Shown one piece after another: positions 28,442 to 38,186 of a DNA stretch of 64,000 nt. The number at the start of each line of letters is the position of its first letter. Positions within the stretch are counted from its first letter, which is position 1. Under the pieces are notes generated by a model. The model was given only the letters and a program-made list of their open reading frames with translations, had not been told where the DNA came from and did not search any database. The stretch is from Actinomycetota bacterium (GTDB lineage: Bacteria; Actinomycetota; Acidimicrobiia; Acidimicrobiales; Aldehydirespiratoraceae): the NCBI GenBank assembly GCA_039188975.1, contig JBCCYT010000002.1, positions 3,021 to 67,020 on the forward strand. The letters run 5' to 3'. A program made the translations under genes and the position numbers.

Positions 28442-28894
28442 ATGACCCCCCAGTACATCCCGTCCCCCGCCTCCGGGATCAACCACCGCAAGATCGCGCA
28501 CGCCGAAACGGTCGACATCCTGAGCCGACTCTCGCTCTTCGAAGGAGCGGCCAAACGGCATCTGCGAGAGATCGCCCGGCACGCCCGGCTCGAACAGTTC
28601 GAAGCTGACCAAGACCTCACCGTCGAAGGGCACGCATCCCCATCAGCGCTCGTCATCGTCGCCGGCCGCGCGGTCGTTCGCCGCAACGGTCGAAAGGTCG
28701 CCGATGTCGGCCCCGGCGACATCGTCGGAGAGCTCGGATTGCTTGCCGATCAACCCCGCAACGCGACCGTTCGCACGACTGGACCGCTCGAATGCCTCGT
28801 GCTCGACCGCAGCGGACTCAAGGCCGCCGTGCTCGAACACCCCGCACTCGGATGGCACCTGCTGGGGACCGTCGCAGATCGCCTTCACGGCTGA
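28442..28894 (+). CDS. Stand-alone cyclic nucleotide-binding domain protein
   Basis: GPGDIVGELGLL...PRNATV phosphate-binding cassette; no HTH. Confidence 0.85.
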   Translation: MTPQYIPSPASGINHRKIAHAETVDILSRLSLFEGAAKRHLREIARHARLEQFEADQDLTVEGHASPSALVIVAGRAVVRRNGRKVADVGPGDIVGELGLLADQPRNATVRTTGPLECLVLDRSGLKAAVLEHPALGWHLLGTVADRLHG

Positions 28895-28940
28895 ACGCCG
28901 CTGAGGTCTGCGCCGGCCCCCGACGGGCTCCAACGGCTCC

Positions 28941-31900
28941 TCAGGCCAGGAACGAGTCCCGGTTCCCGGCCCGACTGACTCGGCCTGCCCCAGCCAGGAG
29001 CAGACCGACCAGGATGGCAGCGACGCCGAGTGCGAGCGACGAGCCCGGCTCGATGCCGGTGAACGCCAACCCGGTCGTGCTGCTCGAGCCTTCCTCGACT
29101 TCGAGCGTCACCCGATCCCAATCGTCATCGTCATCGTCGGGACCGGAACCCGGCGTCGAGTCCGTGTCGTCAGGGCCCGGGTTGTCCGGATCGTCATCAT
29201 TGTCGAACGACGTGATTTCAGCGACGTTGGCGATGTCGAGGTCGGGAATGGGATCGACCAGCGTCAGAACGACCGAGACGGTTGCGGTGTCGCCGGTGGC
29301 AAAGAGTTCGCCGTCGTTGACGACCGACACCGTGATGACCCCGTTGCCGCCGGATGCTGCATAGCTGACCGCCAGCTCGACGCCATTCGCAGATGTGATG
29401 GCCGCGACCGGGTTGTCGGCGATTGCGAAGGGTTCGAACACGTTGTTGTCGACCGAATCGGTCACCTCGAACGAGCGCACACCAGCACCCTGGTTTGTCA
29501 CGGTGATCCCGAAGGTGACGTCTTGGCCCGGGGTGACGGGGCTCGTGCCATCGGGGACTGTCTTCTCGAGCGCCAGGTCGTAGCTGATCGTCACCAGCTC
29601 ACGGTCGTGATCGTCCTCATCGACGCCAGACACCTCGTTGAGGTTGCCGTCGCCGTCGTGGTCGAAGTTGACGTTGTTGTGGCTGTTGCGATCGTCGTTG
29701 CCGTTTGGGTCGGTCCCCGGCGTGGTCAAGATCGTGTCATTGTTCGGATCCGCGTCCGGCGTGGAATCGATGTCGACCACGTTCGACGGCACGGTGTTGG
29801 TCGCATCGGTGTCGTCGTCGAACCCCGAGATCTCGGCAGTGTTGAAGAACTCCCCAGAGCTGGACAGGGTCTCGATCGTGGTCGAGATGGCGAACGACAC
29901 GGTCTCGCCCGGGGCGAGTTCATCGACGTCGAACGTCACCGTTCCGGTCGCGCCGTCGACCGCGCTGGTGGTCACGACCGCGGTACCGGCGGTGACCCCG
30001 TCGAACGATTCGAACGACACGTTGGTGTCGAGCACGTCGGTGACCTGTACCCGGTACGCCGGTTCGGTCCCCTGGTTCGTGACCGTGATCGACCACTGAA
30101 TCGGAGCGTCCGCATCGGACAGCGAGAAGGTCTGCCCGGCGGCGAGCTGCTTGACGAGGGCCAGGTCCCACACCCGGTTGTCGCGTACGCCCACGGCGGC
30201 GACATCGTGATCGTCCTCGTCGCCTGCGACCGGGTCGGTGCCGGTACCGGTGCCGTTGATTTCGTCGTCGCCCGGCTCACCCGGGCCACTCGGCTGGTTG
30301 TCGTCGCCTTGATCCGTGTTGGGCGTCGAGTCGACATCGGTTGGTGGTGGGTTGGTCGGATCGAGGTCGTCGTCAAACGCCGAGATCTCGGCCCAGTTGA
30401 TGGCCTGGGGGCCAACGAACCCGTCGGCGATCGTCAACGTGACCGGAATGGTCACCGAGTCGCCGGTGTCGAAGGACTCGGTCGGTTCCTTGACCGACGC
30501 CGACACCAGTCCGTTGGTACCGCTCGTCGAGTACACGACGTCGAGGTCGATGCCGTTGGTGCTGGTCACCGTGATGTCGCTGTTGTTCAGGTTGGAGAAG
30601 GGCTCGAACATGGCGAGGTTCACGTAGTCGACGATGTCGAACGACATCACCTCGTCGCGTTGGTTGGTGATCGTGATGTCGAAGGTGACCTCGTCGCCTT
30701 CAGCGACGGGGCCAGGCGTCGAGGCGCTCACGGTCTTGGCGAGCGCGAGATCGAACGTCTTCGGCACCGTGAACCCGGCATCGAAGTTGTGATCGTTTGC
30801 TCCGACTGCGCCGGTTGAAGCGGCGATGACCCCACCGGATACGTTCGAGTCGGTCGTGGTGGACCCGGCGCCGGTGATGGTCTCGGTGAGGTCGGCGGCG
30901 CTGAAACCGCCGGGAAGGGTCGTGGTCACCGTCGAGACATCGACGGCGATGCTGTAGTCGCTGTTCGGCTGCAAGCCGTCGACCGACCCGAAGCGATACA
31001 GGCCGTTGGCGTCGGTGATGGTCGACACGCCAGCCGCGGGAAGCCCAGGACCGGTGATCGTGAGGGTCACGCCGGCGAGCGCGGTTTCACCCGGATCCTG
31101 GATGCCGTCTCGATCGAGGTCGAGCCAGACATAGTCGCCGATCTCCAGCGGGATGGCGCAGCCCTCGACGTCACCGATGCCGTTCGACTTGCCGAACGTG
31201 CCGGCGGTCGGACCGCCGACGTACAACTCGACCGCGGTCTCTTCCTCGCCCGTGAGCGTGTCGAACCAGGCGAGGCCGCCGGAGTTCACTTCGAGAACCG
31301 GGTCGTACTGAGCGGTGATGACGGAACCCAGGTAGGGGTGGATCCAGTTGCCGCCGATCGTTGTTTCCACATGTTCGGTGTCGTCGTTGCGCGACGTGAA
31401 GCTGTCGTCGCCGTACCACTCCACATCGCCAGCCGGGCCGCTGACATAGCCCAGGTCGTCCTGGGTCTCGATGTCGCCCCCGGTTGCGTCGACGAAGTTG
31501 GTGGTTTCGCAACCCACGCCTCCCTCGACCACATAGGTCGGGGCGAGCGGGTCATTGCTCGTGTTGCACAGCCGGATCAGGTCGCCGGCGGCGTCGTACT
31601 GCGGCGGGCTGAGCGTCGGGAAGCCCGGGCCATTGTTGCCGTCGGTGTTGTAGTTCTCGTACCCGACCTGGTCGCCACCCCGGTCGAGCAAGGTGACGGC
31701 AAGGCCGCCGTCGTCGTCGATGGCGATCGCGGTGACCACGGCCGATGGGTGGTTGTAGCGCTGGCGGTTGTCGATGACGAACGGGGCTCGGAGGTCGTCC
31801 CATTCCGATGCCCACGGAAGGAACGAGCCGTCGGTGCAGCCGGTGTTCACATAGGCACAGCCACGGAAGTAGTCGAGCGAGAACCCGAACTTCGACGTGA

Positions 31901-33131
31901 CGGCGTCCGGGACGCGATCGGCGCCGGTCGAAAGCGTGAGCACACCGGCTTCGAGATCGGCTTGATCGCCGGAGGTCTCGGCCGTGCAGGACACGCCGAC
32001 GAGGAGCTGTCCGTCGTGGGTGACTTCGACGGCGAAGGGCCACCAGTCACTGGCACTCGCACTCCCCGATACGTTCGGGCAGGCAACGCTGCCATCGGCG
32101 ATGGTGTACGAGCCGATGAGTGACATGCCGACGCCGTCGATGTCGGAGATGTCGTAGGCCATGACCGCTTTCGAGAAGAGGTTCATGACGTAGAGGATTC
32201 GCCCGTCGTCGGAGATGTCGATGCCCCCGACGCCCATCTTGCTCACCGCATCGAAGGCTTCTGGGTCGGCTGACGGGTCAGCAAAGCCGACGGTGTCTGC
32301 ATCTCGCGCGGCGGTGAAGTCACCGAAGGTCGGGCCGCCGAGGGTTTCGAGATCGATGCCGTTCGGCGTTTCGTTGGGGAAGTTGAACCAGAACAGCCCG
32401 GCGGCGTCGTTGTCGCCGTCGCCGTCGGCATCGCCGAGTTCAACATGGCGCTTCACGTAGGCCGAGGTGAACAGCCGGGACTCCCACTCGTCGTAGGCAA
32501 GCCCGAAGATCGAGCCGAGTTCGTTCTTGCTGGAGATGTACGAGCTGGAACCGGACCCGTCGGCGGCAAACTCGACGAGAACTTCGTCGGGGCCGCCAGC
32601 CGATCGGTCGCCGTTGACGAAGCAGGTGGTCCAGAGGGTTCCGTCGGTGGTGTCGGGGTCCGGGCATTGCGAGGGAGGCACGACGCCGAACGTCACCGAG
32701 TCACCCGCATCGGCGAAGAGCACGGACGCGACCGAGTCGGTGCCGCTGAACGTCTCGGACCACCCGGCGGTCACGTCGGCGGGGTCGAGCGCGAACTCGA
32801 TCCGGAACGTCGACCCGTTCAGGGCGCTGGAGTCGACGGTCCAGGTCGGAGGGGTTCCGGGCGTCACGACGCCGTTGACGGTGGTGCCGTCGGCGTCGGT
32901 TGCGGTGACCGAGATGCCCGACGGCGGGAACAGGGGGTCGGTGTCGGCGACCTGTTCGCCGACATCGATCTGGCCATCCCGGTCGAAGTCGACGAAGAAC
33001 GAGCCGGTGACCGCCGGGTCGCCGGGTGCTGCGTTGGTCGACGCTGCGAATGCCACCGTGGTGGCGAGCAGCGAGAAGAGCGCAACGACTCCCGCGTGTG
33101 AACGGACCGATCGGAGCGGGTACAGAGACAT
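28941..33131 (-). CDS. Large secreted, sortase-anchored surface protein (SdrD B-like + three DUF11-like domains)
   Basis: Signal peptide; IGDYVWLDLDRDGIQD (SdrD_B); three DLALxK...ITVTNQ...NxAEI repeats; LAFTG at 29055-29069 followed by a TM helix and basic tail. Confidence 0.85.
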   Translation of the reverse strand: MSLYPLRSVRSHAGVVALFSLLATTVAFAASTNAAPGDPAVTGSFFVDFDRDGQIDVGEQVADTDPLFPPSGISVTATDADGTTVNGVVTPGTPPTWTVDSSALNGSTFRIEFALDPADVTAGWSETFSGTDSVASVLFADAGDSVTFGVVPPSQCPDPDTTDGTLWTTCFVNGDRSAGGPDEVLVEFAADGSGSSSYISSKNELGSIFGLAYDEWESRLFTSAYVKRHVELGDADGDGDNDAAGLFWFNFPNETPNGIDLETLGGPTFGDFTAARDADTVGFADPSADPEAFDAVSKMGVGGIDISDDGRILYVMNLFSKAVMAYDISDIDGVGMSLIGSYTIADGSVACPNVSGSASASDWWPFAVEVTHDGQLLVGVSCTAETSGDQADLEAGVLTLSTGADRVPDAVTSKFGFSLDYFRGCAYVNTGCTDGSFLPWASEWDDLRAPFVIDNRQRYNHPSAVVTAIAIDDDGGLAVTLLDRGGDQVGYENYNTDGNNGPGFPTLSPPQYDAAGDLIRLCNTSNDPLAPTYVVEGGVGCETTNFVDATGGDIETQDDLGYVSGPAGDVEWYGDDSFTSRNDDTEHVETTIGGNWIHPYLGSVITAQYDPVLEVNSGGLAWFDTLTGEEETAVELYVGGPTAGTFGKSNGIGDVEGCAIPLEIGDYVWLDLDRDGIQDPGETALAGVTLTITGPGLPAAGVSTITDANGLYRFGSVDGLQPNSDYSIAVDVSTVTTTLPGGFSAADLTETITGAGSTTTDSNVSGGVIAASTGAVGANDHNFDAGFTVPKTFDLALAKTVSASTPGPVAEGDEVTFDITITNQRDEVMSFDIVDYVNLAMFEPFSNLNNSDITVTSTNGIDLDVVYSTSGTNGLVSASVKEPTESFDTGDSVTIPVTLTIADGFVGPQAINWAEISAFDDDLDPTNPPPTDVDSTPNTDQGDDNQPSGPGEPGDDEINGTGTGTDPVAGDEDDHDVAAVGVRDNRVWDLALVKQLAAGQTFSLSDADAPIQWSITVTNQGTEPAYRVQVTDVLDTNVSFESFDGVTAGTAVVTTSAVDGATGTVTFDVDELAPGETVSFAISTTIETLSSSGEFFNTAEISGFDDDTDATNTVPSNVVDIDSTPDADPNNDTILTTPGTDPNGNDDRNSHNNVNFDHDGDGNLNEVSGVDEDDHDRELVTISYDLALEKTVPDGTSPVTPGQDVTFGITVTNQGAGVRSFEVTDSVDNNVFEPFAIADNPVAAITSANGVELAVSYAASGGNGVITVSVVNDGELFATGDTATVSVVLTLVDPIPDLDIANVAEITSFDNDDDPDNPGPDDTDSTPGSGPDDDDDDWDRVTLEVEEGSSSTTGLAFTGIEPGSSLALGVAAILVGLLLAGAGRVSRAGNRDSFLA

Positions 33132-33234
33132 GAGCCGCCTTCTTTCTGATGTTCCCTCGAACCCGCAAACGGTACCTTACTGACCGCGCGAGGTCATCGA
33201 CGGTCCGCGGTTGTGACCTTCGGGCCGGGGGCGT

Positions 33235-34272
33235 TCAGCCAGATGGGGCGTGCGAACCCGCCCAGTCGAGGAGCTCCTCGGCCGACCAGGTGTTGATGAT
33301 GTCGTCGATCGGCACCCCACAGCGAGCCGCCTTGTCGGCGCCGTAGGGCTGCCACTCGAGCTGGCCGGTTGCGTGTGCGTCAGAGTTGATGGCGATCTTG
33401 CAACCCCACTCGAGCGCCAGCTCCAGGAGCTCTTCGGGCGGGTCTTGACGTTCGGGTCGGCAATTGATCTCGACGGCGGTGTCGAACTGGGCGCATGCGG
33501 CAAAGACGATCTCGGCATCGAATGCCGATGGGGGGCGACCGCCTCCGCTCAGCTTGCGGTTGGTGCAATGGCCGAGAATGTCGGTGTGCGGTGATGCGAT
33601 TGCGGTGACCATCCGGCGAGTCATCTCGTCAGCGGGCAGCTTGAGCTTCGAATGCACACTCGCAATGACAACATCGAGGCGAGCGAGCATGTCGTCGGCC
33701 AAATCGAGCGTGCCGTCTTCGAAAATGTCGACCTCCATCCCGGTCAGCAGCTGAAACGGCGCGAGCTCCTCGTTGAGGGCGTCGATCTCGTCGAGTTGAG
33801 ACAGCAGCCGCTCCTCGTTGAGACCGTGGGCAACCGTGAGGCGGGCCGAATGGTCGGTGCACACCATCCACTCATGACCGAGCGCCCGGGCGGTGAGCGC
33901 CATGTTGCGCAGCGGCGCGCCGCCATCTGACCAGGTCGTGTGGGCATGGCATTCGCCTCGGATTGCGGCGAAGACGGCTTCGCCTTCGCCGATCGGAACT
34001 CGGCTTCGTTCTTCCAGCCGAGCGAGGTAGCCGTCGTCGTTGCCCTCGAGCGCGTCGACGATCACCTGGGCGGTCGACGGGCCGATGCCATCGAGCTCGG
34101 TCAGCGTCCTCGCTGCGGCCCGCGTGGTGATCGCATGGTCGCCCTCGGCGATGACGACATCGATTGCTCGCTGAAACGCTCGCACCTTCTGCGCTGGCGC
34201 CAACTCCCGGTCGAGATAGTGGATTGCAAGCTGAAGCGCGGCGGCTGGCTGCATGGGTGCGATGGTAGTCAT
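33235..34272 (-). CDS. PHP domain protein with N-terminal HhH (PolX-related, no polymerase core)
   Basis: LDGIGPST HhH; HAHTTWSDG, TDHS, SVHS, GH, EIN, NSDAH. Confidence 0.85.
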   Translation of the reverse strand: MTTIAPMQPAAALQLAIHYLDRELAPAQKVRAFQRAIDVVIAEGDHAITTRAAARTLTELDGIGPSTAQVIVDALEGNDDGYLARLEERSRVPIGEGEAVFAAIRGECHAHTTWSDGGAPLRNMALTARALGHEWMVCTDHSARLTVAHGLNEERLLSQLDEIDALNEELAPFQLLTGMEVDIFEDGTLDLADDMLARLDVVIASVHSKLKLPADEMTRRMVTAIASPHTDILGHCTNRKLSGGGRPPSAFDAEIVFAACAQFDTAVEINCRPERQDPPEELLELALEWGCKIAINSDAHATGQLEWQPYGADKAARCGVPIDDIINTWSAEELLDWAGSHAPSG

Positions 34273-34358
34273 GGAGTCGATCGCTCGGCGCAGCGACCGG
34301 TTGCTTCTCGGTCGTCGTGGTCCCGGAGCTGCAGGGTGATCCCGGCTCGGGGTCGGAG

Positions 34359-34724
34359 CTAGCCGAGGATCTCGACGGCGTCGAGGACGACGAGGACGAC
34401 GAGCAACACGATGATGCCGGTGTTGATCGCCGTCATCGGCCACTTCCATTTGTGATCGGCGCGGTGGAAGCGTCGGATCGACACCACATTGGCGGCGATC
34501 GCAATCAAACCGACCGGGAGCCCGATCCATGGACCAACGGCGCCGCTCAGGCCGATCAGCGGAAACCCGAACGGGATCAGCAGGTAGGTGAACGTGCAGC
34601 GGATCGCGGAAACGAGCACCGACTTCGAGAAGGCGTTTTCTGCGTCGGTCGTCGACACCCGGTCCTTCGCGGCGACCGGGATGGCGTTGTCGTCGACGTT
34701 CGGTGCTGCGCTCACGTCCGTCAC
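34359..34724 (-). CDS. Conserved small membrane protein
   Basis: C-terminal part of ORF 34359..35720: AFSKSVLVSAIRCTFTYLL plus 3 TM helices. TACGGT lies 7 nt before GTG 34724; alternative start 34715. Confidence 0.7.
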   Translation of the reverse strand: MTDVSAAPNVDDNAIPVAAKDRVSTTDAENAFSKSVLVSAIRCTFTYLLIPFGFPLIGLSGAVGPWIGLPVGLIAIAANVVSIRRFHRADHKWKWPMTAINTGIIVLLVVLVVLDAVEILG

Positions 34725-34769
34725 GACCTCCACCGTACTCGCGTCGGCGTCGCTAGCCTCGACCGGGCT

Positions 34770-35843
34770 ATGGAACGTTTCGGGTTCGTTGGTCTTCCCA
34801 ACGCAGGCAAGTCTTCGCTGTACAACGCACTGGCCGGCGGCGGCGCCCACGCAGCGCCGTATGCCTTCGCCACGACCGACCCCAACGTCGGCGTGGCGAA
34901 GGTGCCAGATCATCGCCTCGAAGCGCTCAGCGAGATGTCGCAATCGAAACAGACCATCCATGCGGCGGTGCAGTTCACCGACATCGGCGGGCTGGTCGAA
35001 GGGGCAAGCCAAGGCGAGGGACTCGGCAACGCATTCCTTTCTCACATTCGCGAGGTCGACGCAATCGTGTTCGTGTTGCGGGCGTTCCCCGACGACGATG
35101 TCCCCGGGCCGCAGGACCCGCTCGAGCACCTCCGGGTGGTTGAAATCGAGCTCGCCCTCGCTGATCTCGCGAGTGCCGAGAAGGCGCGAGACAAGACCCA
35201 ACGCATGCTGAAGGGCGACAGCTCGCTCAAGGGCACCGTCGACCTGCTCGGCCGTGTCGTCGACCTCTTGGGCGAAGGGACCCCGCTCTACCGGGCCGGA
35301 CTTCGCGACGATGAACGAGCCGATCTCAAAGAGTTCTTCTTCTTGACCAACAAGCCGGTGATGGCGGTGCTCAACATCGGCGAAGACCAGATCGGCGATG
35401 AAGACGCCATCGCCGCTCCGGTTCGCGACGAGCTCGACGGTGCCGAAGTCGTGCCGCTGTCGGTTCAGCTGGAAGCCGAAGCCGCCGTCATGGAACCCGA
35501 CGACCGGCAAGAGATGCTCGAAGCGCTCGGCCTCGGTGACGGTGCGGTGCCCGCCTTCTTGACGTCGGCGTACCACATGCTGGGTTTGCGGACGTATCTC
35601 ACCACCGGCGAGAAGGAATCGCGGGCCTGGACCTTCCGAGCCGGGTCGACGGCCCCCGAAGCCGCGGGCGTGATCCACACCGACTTCCAGCGCGGTTTCA
35701 TTCGGGCCGAAACCATCCAATGGAACGAACTCGTCGACGCCGGTTCATGGGCCGCAGCCCGCGACATCGGCAAGGTCCGCTCCGAAGGCAAGGACTACAT
35801 CGTGCACGACGGCGACGTCATGGAGTTCCGCTTCAACGTGTGA
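34770..35843 (+). CDS. ychF: Redox-regulated ATPase YchF
   Basis: GFVGLPNAGKS, GASQGEGLGN, IHTDFQRGFIRAE, C-terminal FRFNV. Confidence 0.95.
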   Translation: MERFGFVGLPNAGKSSLYNALAGGGAHAAPYAFATTDPNVGVAKVPDHRLEALSEMSQSKQTIHAAVQFTDIGGLVEGASQGEGLGNAFLSHIREVDAIVFVLRAFPDDDVPGPQDPLEHLRVVEIELALADLASAEKARDKTQRMLKGDSSLKGTVDLLGRVVDLLGEGTPLYRAGLRDDERADLKEFFFLTNKPVMAVLNIGEDQIGDEDAIAAPVRDELDGAEVVPLSVQLEAEAAVMEPDDRQEMLEALGLGDGAVPAFLTSAYHMLGLRTYLTTGEKESRAWTFRAGSTAPEAAGVIHTDFQRGFIRAETIQWNELVDAGSWAAARDIGKVRSEGKDYIVHDGDVMEFRFNV

Positions 35844-35927
35844 GCACCGCCCCGGGCGGGCTGTTCTCACACGATTTCGTTCGGTTCTTTGCCAATCCTT
35901 CACACTGCGAAACCACGCTTTGGTCTC

Positions 35928-36704
35928 ATGAAGAACCTCACCATCTTGCTCATCATCACCTCGGGCCTGCTCCTGGCGGCGTGTGGCGACGACGAAAGCG
36001 GCGCTGACGTCGAAGCCACTCCCGAGACGACCGAAGCCCCAACCGCCGATACCGAACCCACTCTCGAGCCCGACGACGAGACCGCCAGCGCGAGCACCGG
36101 CGCAGCCGAGGACCCATCCGTGTCATCGGTGACCGTGATCGCTGAGGTGTGGGCCGACAACTGGTTCTCGCTGACCGTCAACGGCGACTTCATCGGCGAA
36201 GACTCGGTGCCGATCACGACCGAACGGTCCTTCAACGCAGAGACGTTCACGTTCGAAACGACGCTGCCGATGACGATCGCCATCGAAGCCAAGGATTTCA
36301 AAGAGACCGACTCTGGTATCGAGTACATCGGCGAGCGAAATCAGCAGATGGGCGACGGCGGCATTATTGCCCAGTTCACCGATGCGGCGACGGGTGACGT
36401 GCTCGCCGTCACGAACAGCAGCTGGTCCATCCTCTCGGTACATCAGGCCCCGCTCGACAAGAGCTGCGAACAAGCCGCCGACCCCGACACCGCCTGTGAG
36501 TGGCTGATCATCGACCCGCCCACCGGATGGGAGACGATCGACTTCGACAGCTCGGCGTGGACATCGGCGACCGAATGGTCCGAGGCCGACGTCAGTCCCA
36601 AGGATGGCTACGACGAGATTTCGTGGACCCCATCAGCAGCGCTCATCTGGGGGACCGACCTCGAAATCGACAACACGGTCCTCCTGCGGACCGTCGTCGG
36701 CTGA
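35928..36704 (+). CDS. Putative lipoprotein of unknown function
   Basis: Lipobox LAAC, acidic linker, then a Trp-rich beta domain (VWADNWF). Confidence 0.7.
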   Translation: MKNLTILLIITSGLLLAACGDDESGADVEATPETTEAPTADTEPTLEPDDETASASTGAAEDPSVSSVTVIAEVWADNWFSLTVNGDFIGEDSVPITTERSFNAETFTFETTLPMTIAIEAKDFKETDSGIEYIGERNQQMGDGGIIAQFTDAATGDVLAVTNSSWSILSVHQAPLDKSCEQAADPDTACEWLIIDPPTGWETIDFDSSAWTSATEWSEADVSPKDGYDEISWTPSAALIWGTDLEIDNTVLLRTVVG

Positions 36705-36818
36705 CCGGGGCTGCAACGACGGGGACTGGAACGACGTGGGCTGTAACCGCAGTGCCACGGTCCAGGTCAGAGGCGCTGTGACGCATATCTCTCGATGGCA
36801 CGTTGTCCGGTCGTTTAC

Positions 36819-36842
36819 AGCCTACCGACCGGCAGGTAGGCT
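36819..36842. promoter_or_regulatory. Inverted repeat AGCCTACC-N8-GGTAGGCT over the desaturase promoter
   Basis: 8-bp perfect arms; the right arm contains TAGGCT, 8 nt before the ATG at 36851. Confidence 0.55.
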
Positions 36843-36850
36843 CGCCTGAG

Positions 36851-37783
36851 ATGACGCCACCACCCGACGCTCACCTTCGCGAAGCATTGGCGGAAACCGC
36901 CGAGTCGCTGCTCGAACGCCACCTGACCAACGCCCAGGAGTGGCACCCTCACGCTCTCATCCCCTGGTCTGCAGCCGAGGACTTTCCCGAGGACTACGAA
37001 TGGTCGCCGGAAGAGGCGAAGATTCCGCCCGCCGTCCGTAGCGCGCTGTTCGTCAATGTCCTCACCGAGGACAACCTGCCGTACTACTTCCGCGACATCG
37101 AGCGCATGTTCGGTCGCGACGGTGCCTGGGGTGAGTGGGTCCGACGCTGGACGGCGGAGGAAGGCCGTCACGGCATCGTCATCAACGGCTACCTGATGGC
37201 GACCCGAGCGATCGACCCGGTCGAACTCGAACGTGGGCGCATGGCGCAGGTGCAAAGCGGGCAGGTGCCCGAGCCCCCGACCCTCGCAGAGGGACTCGCA
37301 TATGTCTCGCTGCAAGAACTCGCCACCCGCATCAGCCACTTCAACACCGGCCAGTTGCTCGACGACAAGGCGGGTCAGAAGGTCATGAAGCGGGTCGCTC
37401 GCGACGAGAACCTCCACTATCTGTTCTACCGCGACGCCATGTCTGCCGTCTTCGAGGTCGATCCGTCGGCCGGTGTGATCGCGGCGTGGAATCAGGTTCG
37501 TGATTTCCAGATGCCCGGCACCGGCATTCCGGGCTTTGCCGAACATGCGAAGCAGATCGCCGACGCCGGCATCTACGACTTCGCCATTCATCACGACCGC
37601 ATTCTGCAACCCGTGGTCATGCGTGACTGGAACATCGAAGGGCTCGAGGGGCTGAACCCTGAAGCCGAAGAGGCTCGAGCAGCGATCGTGAAGCAGATCA
37701 CTCGCATCGGCAAGATCGGCCGCCGCATGGCTGAGAAGCGCGAGGCCCGCAAAGCGGCCGAGGCCGAGCTCGTCGCCGTCTGA
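36851..37783 (+). CDS. Acyl-ACP desaturase (DesA-like, soluble diiron)
   Basis: TEDNLP, WTAEEGRH, QELAT, DENLH, FQMPG. Confidence 0.92.
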   Translation: MTPPPDAHLREALAETAESLLERHLTNAQEWHPHALIPWSAAEDFPEDYEWSPEEAKIPPAVRSALFVNVLTEDNLPYYFRDIERMFGRDGAWGEWVRRWTAEEGRHGIVINGYLMATRAIDPVELERGRMAQVQSGQVPEPPTLAEGLAYVSLQELATRISHFNTGQLLDDKAGQKVMKRVARDENLHYLFYRDAMSAVFEVDPSAGVIAAWNQVRDFQMPGTGIPGFAEHAKQIADAGIYDFAIHHDRILQPVVMRDWNIEGLEGLNPEAEEARAAIVKQITRIGKIGRRMAEKREARKAAEAELVAV

Positions 37784-37847
37784 CCGAACGCCGTCGTTGC
37801 GCCGGGTACGACGGTGACCGGTCGACGCAACGGTCTAGATTCAGGTC

Positions 37848-38186
37848 ATGCCGTGGCTGGTGCACGAGGGCCGAGTCCTCGCGTCGTTGGAGATCGCCGA
37901 GTCGCGCCCGGCGCGACGCCGCGGGTTGCTCGGCCGTGACGGGATCGATGGTGCGTTGTTGCTGCGGCCGGCGCGGTCGGTACACACCATCCGCATGCGC
38001 TTCGCCATCGATGTCGCTCATGTCGTCGACGGCGATGACGTGGTGACGGTCAGGTCGGTGAGCACCATGCGCCCGGGCCGGCTTGGCAAGTGGTCGCTGA
38101 AACAGACGTCGGTGATCGAGGCCGAGGCCGGTTCGTTTCGCCGTTGGGGGATCGAACCCGGGATGCTTCTGGAGATCCGGGAGTGA
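37848..38186 (+). CDS. DUF192 family protein
   Basis: RRRGLLGR, SVHTIRMRFAIDV, VIEAEAG. Confidence 0.82.
   Translation: MPWLVHEGRVLASLEIAESRPARRRGLLGRDGIDGALLLRPARSVHTIRMRFAIDVAHVVDGDDVVTVRSVSTMRPGRLGKWSLKQTSVIEAEAGSFRRWGIEPGMLLEIRE

Noticed and set aside
34317..34769. Long N-terminal extensions in the ORF track (ychF; also rmuC, ppx, ftsB, the PhyH gene, the HD gene)
   Set aside because: They overlap neighbouring genes. Family motifs and promoter or SD positions support the shorter starts used here.
36777..36792. TGTGA-N6-TCTCT as a CRP/GlxR site
   Set aside because: Only one half-site matches; too weak without conservation data.
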